This document shows, in pieces, positions 8,751-18,111 of a DNA stretch of 42,634 bases (positions are counted from its first letter, which is position 1; every line of letters begins with the position of its first letter). This DNA comes from an uncultured Myxococcales bacterium (GTDB lineage Bacteria > Myxococcota > UBA4151), in the NCBI GenBank assembly GCA_964013405.1, contig CAXGWI010000016.1:1-42634 (forward strand), given 5' to 3'. Made by a program: the position numbers and the translations under genes. The notes below the pieces were generated by a model. That model saw nothing but the letters and a program-made list of their open reading frames with translations, did no database searches and had not been told where the DNA came from.

Positions 8751-10103
8751 ATGGCTCATTTCGATTACAAGCGGATCCCAAAGGTCCCGGAACTCCGTAA
8801 GCGGCTCATCTTCACGGTGGCCATGCTCGCTGTCTACCGAATCGGTGTTTATATCTCGATTCCGGGGATGAACCGAGATGCCATGAAGGCCTATCTGGGG
8901 TCCCAAGACACCGGTGTCGGCGGCTTCCTCAATATGTTCAATTTCCTCGCAGGCGGCGCCTTGGAGCAACTCTCCATCTTCGCCTTGGGGATTATGCCCT
9001 ACATTACGGCAAGCATTATCCTGCAGGTCGCCGGTGTGTTGGTGCCGGCCTTGGAGCGCCTCAAGAAAGAGGGCGACGCCGGCCGGAAACGGATCAATCA
9101 GTTGACCCGTTACGGGACGCTGTTGCTGGCTGTCGTTCAGGGGACAGCCTTGGCTCGCGGCCTGAACGCGCTCACAGGGCAAGACAACGTGGTGACCTCG
9201 ACGGGCGCTGGTTCCATCGCGCTGATCGTTCTCACCCTGACCGCGGGAACCGCGTTCCTGATGTGGTTGGGTGAGGAGATTACAGCGAAAGGCGTCGGCA
9301 ACGGTATCAGTCTCCTCATTATGGCAGGCATCGTTGCAGGCTTGCCGGCCGCGATTCGAGACACCCTGCGAATGGCATTCTCCGATGCCTCGACATTTGG
9401 TCCTGTTGATCTCTTGATCCTTGTTGCGATCATGGCAGCGATTGTCGCGGCGATCGTGTACGTGGAGCGAGCTCAGCGCCGACTTCCTGTCCAATACGCT
9501 CGTCGGGCCGTCGGTGGTGGCATGGTGACAAGCCAGAACAGTCACTTGCCACTGAAGGTCAATACCTCCGGTGTGATTCCCCCGATCTTCGCCAGTTCGT
9601 TGATGATGTTCCCAGGCATGGTTTCGGGCTACTTCGGTCCCGAATTCCAAGAGGCTGTGCAGACCTTTCTTGCCCCGGGCAAGATGGGCTACTTGGTCAT
9701 CTATTCGGCCATGATCATCTTCTTCGCCTTCTTCTATACGGACATCATGTTCAATCCCGTGGACATGAGCGACAACTTGAAGAAATGGGGCGGCTTCATC
9801 CCGGGCGTGCGTCCCGGTGAGCCCACGGCGAAATACATTGGTTGGGTGCTGAAGCGAATTACGACCGGCGGTGCTGTTTACCTGACGGTTGTGTGCTTAG
9901 TCCCCTACTGGGTGACTGGCGCGTTCCAGGGTGTGAACTTCTACTTCGGCGGCACCGGTTTGCTCATCGTTGTGGGTGTCAGTCTCGATTTGGTGACGCA
10001 GATTCAAAGCCATTTGATCTCGGCAAACTATGATCAGTTTAGCTTGGACAACGAGCGGCCTCGGCTGCGTGCTCGACTCGAAGAGGGGGAGCCGCAGACA
10101 TGA
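8751..10103 (+). CDS. secY: Preprotein translocase subunit SecY
   Basis: SIFALGIMPYITASII, WLGEEIT..GVGNGISL, GVIPPIFASS, FIPGVRPG. Confidence 0.99.
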   Translation: MAHFDYKRIPKVPELRKRLIFTVAMLAVYRIGVYISIPGMNRDAMKAYLGSQDTGVGGFLNMFNFLAGGALEQLSIFALGIMPYITASIILQVAGVLVPALERLKKEGDAGRKRINQLTRYGTLLLAVVQGTALARGLNALTGQDNVVTSTGAGSIALIVLTLTAGTAFLMWLGEEITAKGVGNGISLLIMAGIVAGLPAAIRDTLRMAFSDASTFGPVDLLILVAIMAAIVAAIVYVERAQRRLPVQYARRAVGGGMVTSQNSHLPLKVNTSGVIPPIFASSLMMFPGMVSGYFGPEFQEAVQTFLAPGKMGYLVIYSAMIIFFAFFYTDIMFNPVDMSDNLKKWGGFIPGVRPGEPTAKYIGWVLKRITTGGAVYLTVVCLVPYWVTGAFQGVNFYFGGTGLLIVVGVSLDLVTQIQSHLISANYDQFSLDNERPRLRARLEEGEPQT

Positions 10104-10747
10104 TTCTCGTCATCATGGGCCCTCCCGGGGCTGGGAAAGGTACCCAGGCTTCTCGCCTCGCGGCGGAGTTGGGTATCCCTCAGGTCAGTACGGGTGAACT
10201 CCTGCGGGAAGCTCGTCGGGATGGGTCCGAAGTCGGCCAAAGGGCCGCCATCAATATGGATGCTGGCACGCTGGTGCCTGACGAGGTCGTGATGACGCTC
10301 ATCGAGCGGAGGCTCGAGCAGCAGGACTGTGGCTCTGGGGCCATCCTCGATGGCTTCCCCCGGACTGTAGCCCAGGCCGTCCAGTTGGATGATATGCTGG
10401 AGCGGAGTGGGCGGCAGGTGGATCGCGTTGTGAGTATTTCTGTGACCGAAGACGAGATCGTCGAGCGGATTCTCGGGCGACTGACCTGTGGCCAATGCGG
10501 CGCAGTCTATCACCGGACGACGAAGCCGACGGCCCGAGAGGGGCATTGCGACCTCTGTGGCGGGCTGGTTTCAAGTCGTAGCGATGACAATGAAGAAGCG
10601 GTACGGATACGTCTACAGACCTACTCCAACCTTACGGCGCCGGTTCTAGATTATTATGGTGGTGCAGGGCGGCTGGCGTCGGTCGACGGTTCGGGTGGCC
10701 TGGATGAGGTTTTTAATCGTGTACAGGGGGCCCTTTCGGGGGCTTGA
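10100..10747 (+). CDS. adk: Adenylate kinase with Zn-binding lid
   Basis: GPPGAGKGTQA P-loop, LDGFPRT, lid CGQC...CDLC. Confidence 0.98.
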   Translation: MILVIMGPPGAGKGTQASRLAAELGIPQVSTGELLREARRDGSEVGQRAAINMDAGTLVPDEVVMTLIERRLEQQDCGSGAILDGFPRTVAQAVQLDDMLERSGRQVDRVVSISVTEDEIVERILGRLTCGQCGAVYHRTTKPTAREGHCDLCGGLVSSRSDDNEEAVRIRLQTYSNLTAPVLDYYGGAGRLASVDGSGGLDEVFNRVQGALSGA

Positions 10748-10755
10748 TTTCGTTT
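10727..10755 (+). terminator. Weak candidate intrinsic terminator or hairpin overlapping the adk stop
   Basis: GGGCCCT-TTCG-GGGGCTT stem-loop (G-U rich) followed by GATTTCGTTT. Confidence 0.25.
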
Positions 10756-10811
10756 GCGGGGCCCGGTGCTGCGTGATAGTGCGCCGCCCGCTTTGAAGGA
10801 TGAGGAGTTTC

Positions 10812-11030
10812 ATGGCGAAGGAAGAAACGATCGAGATGGAGGGCAGAGTGACGGAAGCCTTGCCCAACGCCATGTTTCGTGTGGCGCTGGACAATGGTCA
10901 CGAGTTGCTTTGTCACATCTCGGGGAAGATGCGGAAGTTCTACATTCGTATTCTTCCGGGAGATCGAGTGACCTGCGAGGTCTCCCCCTACGACCTGACC
11001 CGTGGAAGAATTACGTACCGCTGGAAGTAA
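10812..11030 (+). CDS. infA: Translation initiation factor IF-1
   Basis: [11 protein letters not shown]...LPNAMFRV...[17 protein letters not shown]...[22 protein letters not shown]. Confidence 0.99.
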   Translation: MAKEETIEMEGRVTEALPNAMFRVALDNGHELLCHISGKMRKFYIRILPGDRVTCEVSPYDLTRGRITYRWK

Positions 11031-11052
11031 GCGGCACGAGGAGGAGCGAGAC

Positions 11053-11166
11053 ATGAAGGTAAGAGCTTCAGTCAAGCCGATGTGCGATAAGTGTAAGGTG
11101 ATCCGCCGCAAGGGCGTGGTGCGGATCATCTGTTCGAACCCACGCCATAAGCAGCGGCAGGGTTAG
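11053..11166 (+). CDS. rpmJ: 50S ribosomal protein L36 (zinc-binding type; absent from the ORF track)
   Basis: Manual translation: [37 protein letters not shown]. Confidence 0.99.
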   Translation: MKVRASVKPMCDKCKVIRRKGVVRIICSNPRHKQRQG

Positions 11167-11171
11167 TCACC

Positions 11172-11567
11172 ATGGCACGTATTGCAGGGGTTGATTTACC
11201 CCGAAACAAGCGACTCGATATTGCCCTCACCTACATCTTCGGCATTGGCCGAGTGACGGCGAAAGAGATTCTCGAAAAAAGCGGCATCGAGCCGGAGCGG
11301 CGCTCGCCTGAAGGGGATCCGATTTATGCTCGGATCCACCAACTCAGCGAGCAGGATGTCGTCTCCATTCGACGCGTCATTAACGACGGCTACCAGGTGG
11401 AAGGTGATCTTCGCCGTGAGGTGACCATGGCCATCAAGCGCTTGATGGACCTGGGCTGCTATCGCGGTTTGCGTCATCGCCGCGGTTTGCCGGTGCGCGG
11501 TCAGCGCACGAGCACCAACGCTCGGACCCGTAAGGGGCCGCGCCGTACAGCGGCTCGGAAGGGATAG
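11172..11567 (+). CDS. rpsM: 30S ribosomal protein S13
   Basis: [10 protein letters not shown]...[19 protein letters not shown]. Confidence 0.99.
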   Translation: MARIAGVDLPRNKRLDIALTYIFGIGRVTAKEILEKSGIEPERRSPEGDPIYARIHQLSEQDVVSIRRVINDGYQVEGDLRREVTMAIKRLMDLGCYRGLRHRRGLPVRGQRTSTNARTRKGPRRTAARKG

Positions 11568-11570
11568 GTC

Positions 11571-11954
11571 ATGGCAGTTCAACGCGGTCGGAAAAAGCAG
11601 AAGCGTGTGGTTCAGAGCGGCATCGCTCACATCCACTCCACTTTCAACAATACCATCGTTACGATTTCGGATGTGGCTGGAAATGTCGTCGCTTGGTCCA
11701 CGGCCGGTTCCAAGGGCTTCAAGGGCTCTCGGAAGTCGACACCCTTTGCGGCTCAAACCGCCGCTGAGGACGTTGTTGCCCGGGCGATCGACATGGGCAT
11801 GCGTCAAATCGAGGTCAATGTTCGCGGGCCAGGTTCGGGGCGGGAAGCAGCTCTGCGGGCCATCGCCGCGAGTGGCATCAAGGTGCTCTGCATTCGTGAT
11901 GTGACTCCCATTCCCCACAACGGCTGCCGCCCCCCCAAGCGGCGTCGAGTCTGA
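11571..11954 (+). CDS. rpsK: 30S ribosomal protein S11
   Basis: STFNNTIVT...[11 protein letters not shown]...[18 protein letters not shown]. Confidence 0.99.
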   Translation: MAVQRGRKKQKRVVQSGIAHIHSTFNNTIVTISDVAGNVVAWSTAGSKGFKGSRKSTPFAAQTAAEDVVARAIDMGMRQIEVNVRGPGSGREAALRAIAASGIKVLCIRDVTPIPHNGCRPPKRRRV

Positions 11955-11972
11955 TCCACAAGGAAAGATTAA

Positions 11973-12983
11973 ATGCTGCAAGCTAACTTTCGTCATCTGA
12001 TCAAGCCCCGCGGGCTTCTCGTCGATCGTGACACCCTCAACGACGAGTATGGCAAGTTCACGGCCGAACCCCTCGATCGAGGCTACGGTCATACCCTGGG
12101 CAACGCATTGCGTCGGATCCTTTTGGGGTCCTTGCATGGCTACGCCATCACCAGCGCTCGCATCAAAGGTGCGCTCCACGAGTTCACTGCCCTTGAGAAC
12201 GTGGTCGAAGATGTCACCGACATCATTCTCAACCTCAAAGAGGTGCGGCTACGACTTGAGGGGGGCCACGAGAGTCGGACCCTTCGAGTGCATGCCGAGG
12301 GGCCTTGTGTGGTCACGGCCGGTGATTTGCAGGGTGACTCTTCCGTCGTGATTCTCAACCCCGATCACGTGGTATGTCACGTGGCGGCGGGTGGTGTCTT
12401 CGAAGCTGAGTTCAACGCGACGATGGGCAAGGGCTATGTGACCTCGGCCGGTCTCCGGAAAGAGAAGGCGCCGGTTGGTACGATCTGGATCGACGCCCTC
12501 TACAGCCCGGTGAACAAGGTGAATTTCCAAGTGACCAACGCTCGCGTTGGACAGCGCACCGACTATGACAAGCTGGTGATGGAAGTGTGGACTGACGGCT
12601 CGATCAACCCGGAGGATGCAGTCGGCGTGGCCGCCAAAATCCTCAAGGAGTACAGCCAGTTGTTCATCAACTTTGAGGACGAGGGCTCCCTCGAATTTGA
12701 GATCGAGGAAGACCCCCAAGAGGAAATCAACGCGAATCTGTTGCGGAGTGTTGATGAACTTGAACTCAGTGTCCGCAGCATGAACTGCCTGCAAAATGCC
12801 AACATCAAGCTGATCGGCGACTTGGTTCAACGGAGCGAAGCCGAGATGCTGCGCACCAAGAACTTTGGTCGTAAGAGCTTGAAAGAGATCAAGACCGTGT
12901 TGGCGGAAATGGGCCTGGGCCTCGGAATGCATTTGGACAACTGGCCACCTGCAAACCATCCCACGCTGCAGCAGCCGGAGTAG
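11973..12983 (+). CDS. rpoA: DNA-directed RNA polymerase subunit alpha
   Basis: [52 protein letters not shown]. Confidence 0.99.
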   Translation: MLQANFRHLIKPRGLLVDRDTLNDEYGKFTAEPLDRGYGHTLGNALRRILLGSLHGYAITSARIKGALHEFTALENVVEDVTDIILNLKEVRLRLEGGHESRTLRVHAEGPCVVTAGDLQGDSSVVILNPDHVVCHVAAGGVFEAEFNATMGKGYVTSAGLRKEKAPVGTIWIDALYSPVNKVNFQVTNARVGQRTDYDKLVMEVWTDGSINPEDAVGVAAKILKEYSQLFINFEDEGSLEFEIEEDPQEEINANLLRSVDELELSVRSMNCLQNANIKLIGDLVQRSEAEMLRTKNFGRKSLKEIKTVLAEMGLGLGMHLDNWPPANHPTLQQPE

Positions 12984-12992
12984 GAGGACGCC

Positions 12993-13343
12993 ATGCGTCA
13001 CCGTAAAAAGGGCCGTAAGCTCAACCGTACTTCTTCCCACCGGAAGGCCATGTTTCGGAACATGGCGACCGATTTCTTCCGGCACGGGGCGATCACCACG
13101 ACCGAGGCGAAGGCTAAAGAGCTTCGTCGCTACGTCGAGCCACTGATCACCCTGGCGAAGAAAAATGAGGTACCTCGGATTCGGCGGGCCAGTCGCTTTG
13201 TTCGGGACCCTGAGGTCGTGCAGAAGCTCTTCCAGGAGATTGCGCCGACTTATGCTGATCGGCCTGGTGGCTACACCCGGATCCACAAACTCGGCATCCG
13301 CCAGGGCGACAACGCACCCGTTTGTCGGATCTCGCTGGTTTAA
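12993..13343 (+). CDS. rplQ: 50S ribosomal protein L17
   Basis: [24 protein letters not shown]...RPGGYTRI. Confidence 0.99.
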   Translation: MRHRKKGRKLNRTSSHRKAMFRNMATDFFRHGAITTTEAKAKELRRYVEPLITLAKKNEVPRIRRASRFVRDPEVVQKLFQEIAPTYADRPGGYTRIHKLGIRQGDNAPVCRISLV

Positions 13344-13366
13344 TCACCTGCTCAGGCCGGCCGCCT

Positions 13367-13927
13367 GTGAAACCAAGCCTAGACCTCGCATCCCGTTCCC
13401 CTCGCAGGAGAGACCTGCTTGCGGCAGCGGGATTCGAGGTTTTTGTGGTGCCCGGCCGGGATGAACCACCCCTCGTCGCCGGCGACGCCCGGCAGGCAGC
13501 CCTCGCTGTAGCGACGGCGAAAATGCCCACTCGAAGGGCCGATGATCGCCCATTGCTTGCGGCCGATACGGTGGTAGCCCTCGGATCGAGGCTCTTTGGC
13601 AAGCCCCGAGACCGGCAGGATGCGGAGGCGATGCTCTGGGCCTTATCCGGGCGCCGTCACGAGGTCGTGACGGCCGTAGCCCTGCGCTACGGAGCGGCGG
13701 ACGCACACTTTGCGGTCTGTAGTGAAGTCACGTTCCGCAAGCTCTCAGTTCCGACGGTCGCCCATTATCTCGACAGCGGAGAATACCTAGACAAAGCCGG
13801 TGCCTACGGGATCCAGGGTCTGGGTGTGAGCTTGGTTGAGTCCGTTTTGGGCTCCTATTCGAACGTGGTGGGCTTGCCCGTGACTGAGGTTCTGACGGCC
13901 TTGCGGGCCTATGGCTACGAGCCATGA
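13367..13927 (+). CDS. maf: Maf family nucleoside triphosphate pyrophosphatase (YhdE-like)
   Basis: LASRSPRRRDLL, AADTVV...GKP, DKAGAYGIQ, NVVGLP; start GTG 13367 inferred. Confidence 0.92.
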   Translation: MKPSLDLASRSPRRRDLLAAAGFEVFVVPGRDEPPLVAGDARQAALAVATAKMPTRRADDRPLLAADTVVALGSRLFGKPRDRQDAEAMLWALSGRRHEVVTAVALRYGAADAHFAVCSEVTFRKLSVPTVAHYLDSGEYLDKAGAYGIQGLGVSLVESVLGSYSNVVGLPVTEVLTALRAYGYEP

Positions 13928-14595
13928 GAACGGTGGCCGATCGCTACAAGGCGATCTGTCAAAAGATGGCCCAGGCCGCCGCTGGCGCAGGCCGGCCCCT
14001 CCATGCAGCAACACTGGTCGGGGTCGTGAAGGGACAGGCTCCCGAGGGCATCCTTGAGGCCTATCATGCGGGACTAAGAGACTTTGCCCACAGTTACGTC
14101 CGGGAGGCAGTGGAGACGCAGCATCTAAGGGAGCTCATGCCCGAGGCCCGGTGGCACTTTATCGGGCCGATTCAATCCAACAAAACCAGGCACCTTCAGC
14201 AGGGCTGGTATCGGGTTCACTCTCTGGATCGCCTGAAAATCGCCAAGCGATTGGCGAGCGCGGAAGTGCTCGTCCAAGTGCGTCTGGGCGGCGAGCTTAG
14301 CAAATCCGGTGTGGATCCCGAGCAATTGCTCGGTTTTCTCGAGCAGCTGGCCGGATCGACTTCGGTGACTGTGAAGGGGCTGATGACGATCCCGCCACCG
14401 GCCGACCAATTTTCGCCGTCCGTGGCCTTTCACCGGCTGGCGGGACTTGCGACGGATTGCATGGCCAAAGGCTTGCTACCCGAAGGGGCGGAGCTGAGCA
14501 TGGGCATGAGTAACGACTTTGAAGCGGCCGTGGCGGCTGGGGCCCATTGGGTGCGGGTTGGTCGCTCACTGTTTGGCGACAGGCTCGGCCATTGA
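13924..14595 (+). CDS. yggS: YggS/PLPBP pyridoxal-phosphate homeostasis protein
   Basis: WHFIGPIQSNK, HSLDR, GLMTIPP, LSMGMSNDFEAAVAAGA..VRVGRSLFG. Confidence 0.93.
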   Translation: MRTVADRYKAICQKMAQAAAGAGRPLHAATLVGVVKGQAPEGILEAYHAGLRDFAHSYVREAVETQHLRELMPEARWHFIGPIQSNKTRHLQQGWYRVHSLDRLKIAKRLASAEVLVQVRLGGELSKSGVDPEQLLGFLEQLAGSTSVTVKGLMTIPPPADQFSPSVAFHRLAGLATDCMAKGLLPEGAELSMGMSNDFEAAVAAGAHWVRVGRSLFGDRLGH

Positions 14596-14705
14596 ACTGC
14601 CTGCACCGAGTGGGGTCAGATTCCCTGTTCTCGGCCTTAGTGGGCCATGAATCTCGGCGCCATCCTAATCTCGGCAAAAAACGCTAGCCTCAAACCTTCC
14701 GAAGG

Positions 14706-14734
14706 TTGACGGACTCCGGTCGCTGTGCGTTAAT
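14706..14734 (+). promoter_or_regulatory. Candidate sigma70 promoter for the 14761 gene
   Basis: TTGACG (14706-14711), 17-nt spacer, GTTAAT (14729-14734); overlaps the inverted repeat AACCTTC-C-GAAGGTT. Confidence 0.35.
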
Positions 14735-14760
14735 AAAGGAGCCTAGTTGAGGACAGGTTT

Positions 14761-15528
14761 ATGTTGCGCCATCTCGCTCTTGCCACTCTCCTGCTTCCTG
14801 CAACCTCCTTCGCTCAAGTTGAGATCGAAGGGGGCCCCTCTCCTCAAGAGATGGTGGGGGAAGCTCAGGAATCGCTGCAGAGCATGAACCGAGGGCTCCG
14901 GCGAGCCAACGACGTGGGCCGGGAGGCCCGCTCTGCTGGTGATGTGGTCCGCATGACTTGCGTTAATGAGAAAGTCACAGTCATCAAGGGGATCATTCGG
15001 ATCGCGAACGACGCGGTCGACTCCCTCTCCGAGGCCGTCGCTGCCCGGGACATGGATCAGGCAACCTACGAGTACAACAAGGTCCGAGTCAGCGTGGATC
15101 GTGTGAACAGTCTGGTGGTCCAGGCGATCAACTGTGTAGGCGCCTCCGCAACCCAGACCGGTGACTCGCAGACGAGCGTTGACACCAGTCGTAAGATCGA
15201 AGGGCGTCAGGTCCTCAATACGGTCTCTGAGTTTGGTGATCCCCGTGAGTGGGGTAACCAGGAGGTTCGTGAGGGTGGCAGCGGTGAGCCCGGTGATGGT
15301 GAAGAGGCTGGCGCTGGCGGCGATGAGGGTGCTGGCGACGAGGGTGCTGGTGGTAACGAAGACGCCGGTGGTGCAGCCAGTGGCGGCGGCGAGGCCGGCA
15401 GTTCGGTCACAGGCGGCGGAATCGCGGCGGGCCAGGGCGTGGGCCAGGTCGGCGGCGGTGGCGGTGGCAACAACAACGACAACAACGGTGGTGGCGAGGT
15501 TCTCCCCCCGGCGTCTGCCACCAACTAG
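14761..15528 (+). CDS. Secreted hypothetical protein: helical N-terminal domain with two Cys, then a Gly/Glu-rich low-complexity tail
   Basis: Signal peptide MLRHLALATLLLPATSFA; helical segment (CVNEK...INCVG); GDEGAGDEGAG repeats; ends PPASATN. Confidence 0.75.
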   Translation: MLRHLALATLLLPATSFAQVEIEGGPSPQEMVGEAQESLQSMNRGLRRANDVGREARSAGDVVRMTCVNEKVTVIKGIIRIANDAVDSLSEAVAARDMDQATYEYNKVRVSVDRVNSLVVQAINCVGASATQTGDSQTSVDTSRKIEGRQVLNTVSEFGDPREWGNQEVREGGSGEPGDGEEAGAGGDEGAGDEGAGGNEDAGGAASGGGEAGSSVTGGGIAAGQGVGQVGGGGGGNNNDNNGGGEVLPPASATN

Positions 15529-15540
15529 TCTTAGCTTCCT

Positions 15541-16440
15541 TTGAGTTCCAATGGTTTGACTCAGTTTCGACTGGGCATACGGCTTCTTGTGATTGCGGGT
15601 TTTTTGCTGATTCCCGCAGGACTCTTTGCATACCTGACCGATGGCCTTGCCGAGCAACACGAAAAATCCCAACGGCAACTCCATGATCGGATTGCTGAAA
15701 CCGAACGCCTTTTGCAGTTGCAGCAGGGGAATGTGGAACGTCTGCAGCGACAGATCGAGTCGATCGGGCAGCAGAAGGTGACGCCCAGACCTGAAATGCC
15801 CGCTTTCGCCCCCCAAGGGCGTATCCCAGGGAGCCTGCGAGCCGAACGGCGGCTTGCCCTCATGGAGACGCTGATCCGTTGGGTACGCAAAGCCGGCGAT
15901 GCACCGGAGATGGCCCATGTTGCATCGGGCCTTGTGGTTGTTTGGGGGCCCGGTGGTCAGCTAGTGGCTCCCCGAACCCTGGCTGATCCATGGCTTGACC
16001 CAGAGCGAGCCCAGCGGCGGGATGAAGTCCTCAGGCAGGGGGGACGGGCTGCGGTCCTGTACCGAGTCTGGAACAGTGGGGTGTCTGTGCTCGATGCGAC
16101 GGGCGCCCTGAATCGGACCACAGCCCGACTGTTCGATGAGCCCATGGAACGGGAGTCGTTTGGCAAGAATTTGATCCTGTTAAGTGGTGCCGAGTTTCCC
16201 GGTGAGTCCGTTGATCCTGGTGGGCCTGTACCCAGTGGCGAAACCGTGATTGCCTATCGCTGGCCAGAGGCCGTGAATCACGGCCTGCCTGCTCAGACAC
16301 GCCCCTTGAATCAGTCGATGCGGTTCGGGGATCCAAGTCCAGAGTTTGCCCATGCCTTTCTCTTTGATTCGGGGGGCCAACTCCGTGGCTTTGTGGATGA
16401 CAGGGGTAAGCATCATGGCCTGCCAAGTCGCATGCGATGA
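15541..16440 (+). CDS. Membrane-anchored hypothetical protein with coiled coil
   Basis: N-terminal TM (LLVIAGFLLIPAGLFAYL), Q/E/R-rich coiled coil; ATGA overlap with rnd; start uncertain. Confidence 0.6.
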   Translation: MSSNGLTQFRLGIRLLVIAGFLLIPAGLFAYLTDGLAEQHEKSQRQLHDRIAETERLLQLQQGNVERLQRQIESIGQQKVTPRPEMPAFAPQGRIPGSLRAERRLALMETLIRWVRKAGDAPEMAHVASGLVVVWGPGGQLVAPRTLADPWLDPERAQRRDEVLRQGGRAAVLYRVWNSGVSVLDATGALNRTTARLFDEPMERESFGKNLILLSGAEFPGESVDPGGPVPSGETVIAYRWPEAVNHGLPAQTRPLNQSMRFGDPSPEFAHAFLFDSGGQLRGFVDDRGKHHGLPSRMR

Positions 16441-17510
16441 TTCGGACGGACGCTGAACTCGAAGGCCTCGTGGCTGCCTATCAGCCCGAGCGCGTGGTGG
16501 TGGACACGGAGTATGCCAGTGAAGGCCGTTATCGGGGGGTCCTGGGCCTTGTGCAATTGGCTTGGGCTGACCAGTGGGCGATCATCGATCCACTGGAGGT
16601 CTCGTTAGCGCCGTTGTCCTGCTGGCAGAGCGCCCAGTGGGTGACTCACGATGGTAGTCAGGATTGGGGCCTCCTTCTCGAAGGCGGAATGGTTAGGCCC
16701 GCCCAGCTCTTTGATACCCAACTGGCCGCTCGCATGCTTGGGCTCAGCGACTTGGGACTGGCCAAACTGATGCGCTCCCAGCTGGGCGAAGCCCACGATA
16801 AGGGGGCACAGAGAAGTAATTGGTTAAGGCGACCGTTGAGCGAGCAGCAACTCATCTATGCGCAGCAGGATGTGGTCGGTCTGCAACGCTTGGCCGATCA
16901 TCTTGAAACCAAGTTAGTGGCCACTGGTCGCTGGCACATGACGCTTGAGGCCGGGGAGGAAGCACTGGATCGATGGTGTTACGTCGGGCCGAGGAAAGCT
17001 CCGGCCGTCGAGAAGTTCAGAGCCCTTCGACGAACATCTCCAGCAATTCGCGGGCGGGCGAAGGCCCTCCTTCAGTGGCGTGAGTCCGAGGGCTTTAAGC
17101 GCAACCGACCTGTCCGCTGGTTACTGTCGGATGAGGATCTCGTCGCCATGGCCTTGGGCCGTACGGAGCCCAAGGAGCCAAGCCACGCCGAGGTTTTGAC
17201 CGCCTCTCAACCGCTACCGAAAGACGATCAGCGACGGATGGATGGGGAGCAACGGGCCGCATTGAAGGTCTTGAAGCGGCAGCGAGCGAGCTTGGCTGAA
17301 CGGGTGCAAATGGACCCATCCTTATTGGCGCCACCGGCCCTTCTTCATGATCTCGTCCTCGGGCGAGTCGAACTGCATGATCAGGGCTGGCGTACGGCTT
17401 GGCTGGAACAAATGCTCAATGAACCCACGGATCCTGATCCTGCCCCCCCGGAAGAACCCGTAGGTTCGGGCGGGGCTTCCGCCGCCGAGGTGCCTTCTTC
17501 CAGCGCTTAG
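16437..17510 (+). CDS. rnd: Ribonuclease D (DEDDy 3'-5' exonuclease plus HRDC-like region)
   Basis: VDTE, LVQLA, FDTQLAA, SNWLRRPLSEQQLIYAQQDV, L.QWRE...NRP..W.LSD. Confidence 0.88.
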   Translation: MIRTDAELEGLVAAYQPERVVVDTEYASEGRYRGVLGLVQLAWADQWAIIDPLEVSLAPLSCWQSAQWVTHDGSQDWGLLLEGGMVRPAQLFDTQLAARMLGLSDLGLAKLMRSQLGEAHDKGAQRSNWLRRPLSEQQLIYAQQDVVGLQRLADHLETKLVATGRWHMTLEAGEEALDRWCYVGPRKAPAVEKFRALRRTSPAIRGRAKALLQWRESEGFKRNRPVRWLLSDEDLVAMALGRTEPKEPSHAEVLTASQPLPKDDQRRMDGEQRAALKVLKRQRASLAERVQMDPSLLAPPALLHDLVLGRVELHDQGWRTAWLEQMLNEPTDPDPAPPEEPVGSGGASAAEVPSSSA

Positions 17511-18111
17511 GGTGCCAGTTTCCGGTGACCATTAACCAAGCTGTGATCATCCCGCCGAAGTGGGCTGCAGAGCTGCTGTTCCCCATCCCGACGGAGGCCA
17601 GGACTTCAAGGATGATCACACCGAAGAGCAGTTGACGCCCGAGGAGGGGAAGAATGCCGAAAAGGGAGATCGTGCGGTTGCCATAATACAGGCACCAGGC
17701 CGTCAACAGACCAAGACCAGCTCCGCTGGCGCCGATGACCGCTTGGTCTGGGCTCAAGCCCATGAAGCTCAGGAGGTAGGGGGAGAGGGTCGCAGCGATT
17801 CCCCCGCCGGCGGTCGTCCACAATAGCATGTGAAGAAGGCGACGGGCGCCCAGCAAGCGTTCGAGTTCCAGGCCGAAGAAGTAAAGGAGCGCAAGATTGC
17901 CGACGAGATGCCAGAGGCTCCCATGCAGCAGACCATAACTCAGGAGACGCCAGAGTTGCCCCGTGATCACATCGGAGGGCATGAGTTCGAGGCTTTCCAC
18001 GATGGCGTTTTGTTTCAAGCGCCAGAGGAGTCCTTGGACAAAGTAGGCGACGACCAAGGTGATAAGCGCCCGCCGGAGCAGGGGCGGCGGTGGCGGAAAG
18101 AGCGTTCTCAC
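17416..18111 (-). CDS. Rhomboid family intramembrane serine protease
   Basis: QLWRLLSYGLLH, HLVGN, IGASG (catalytic Ser), AHFGG (catalytic His); GTG start overlaps the upstream stop (GTGA). Confidence 0.92.
   Translation of the reverse strand: MRTLFPPPPPLLRRALITLVVAYFVQGLLWRLKQNAIVESLELMPSDVITGQLWRLLSYGLLHGSLWHLVGNLALLYFFGLELERLLGARRLLHMLLWTTAGGGIAATLSPYLLSFMGLSPDQAVIGASGAGLGLLTAWCLYYGNRTISLFGILPLLGRQLLFGVIILEVLASVGMGNSSSAAHFGGMITAWLMVTGNWHPKRWKKAPRRRKPRPNLRVLPGGQDQDPWVH

Noticed and set aside
10748..10811. Absence of map between adk and infA
   Set aside because: map presence in this cluster varies widely across bacteria, so this is not notable by itself
1487..13286. Many long minus-strand ORFs opposite ribosomal genes (for example 1487-2218, 8736-9650, 11196-12179, 12249-13286)
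   Set aside because: Antisense shadows of strongly biased GC-rich coding sequence; no recognisable motifs
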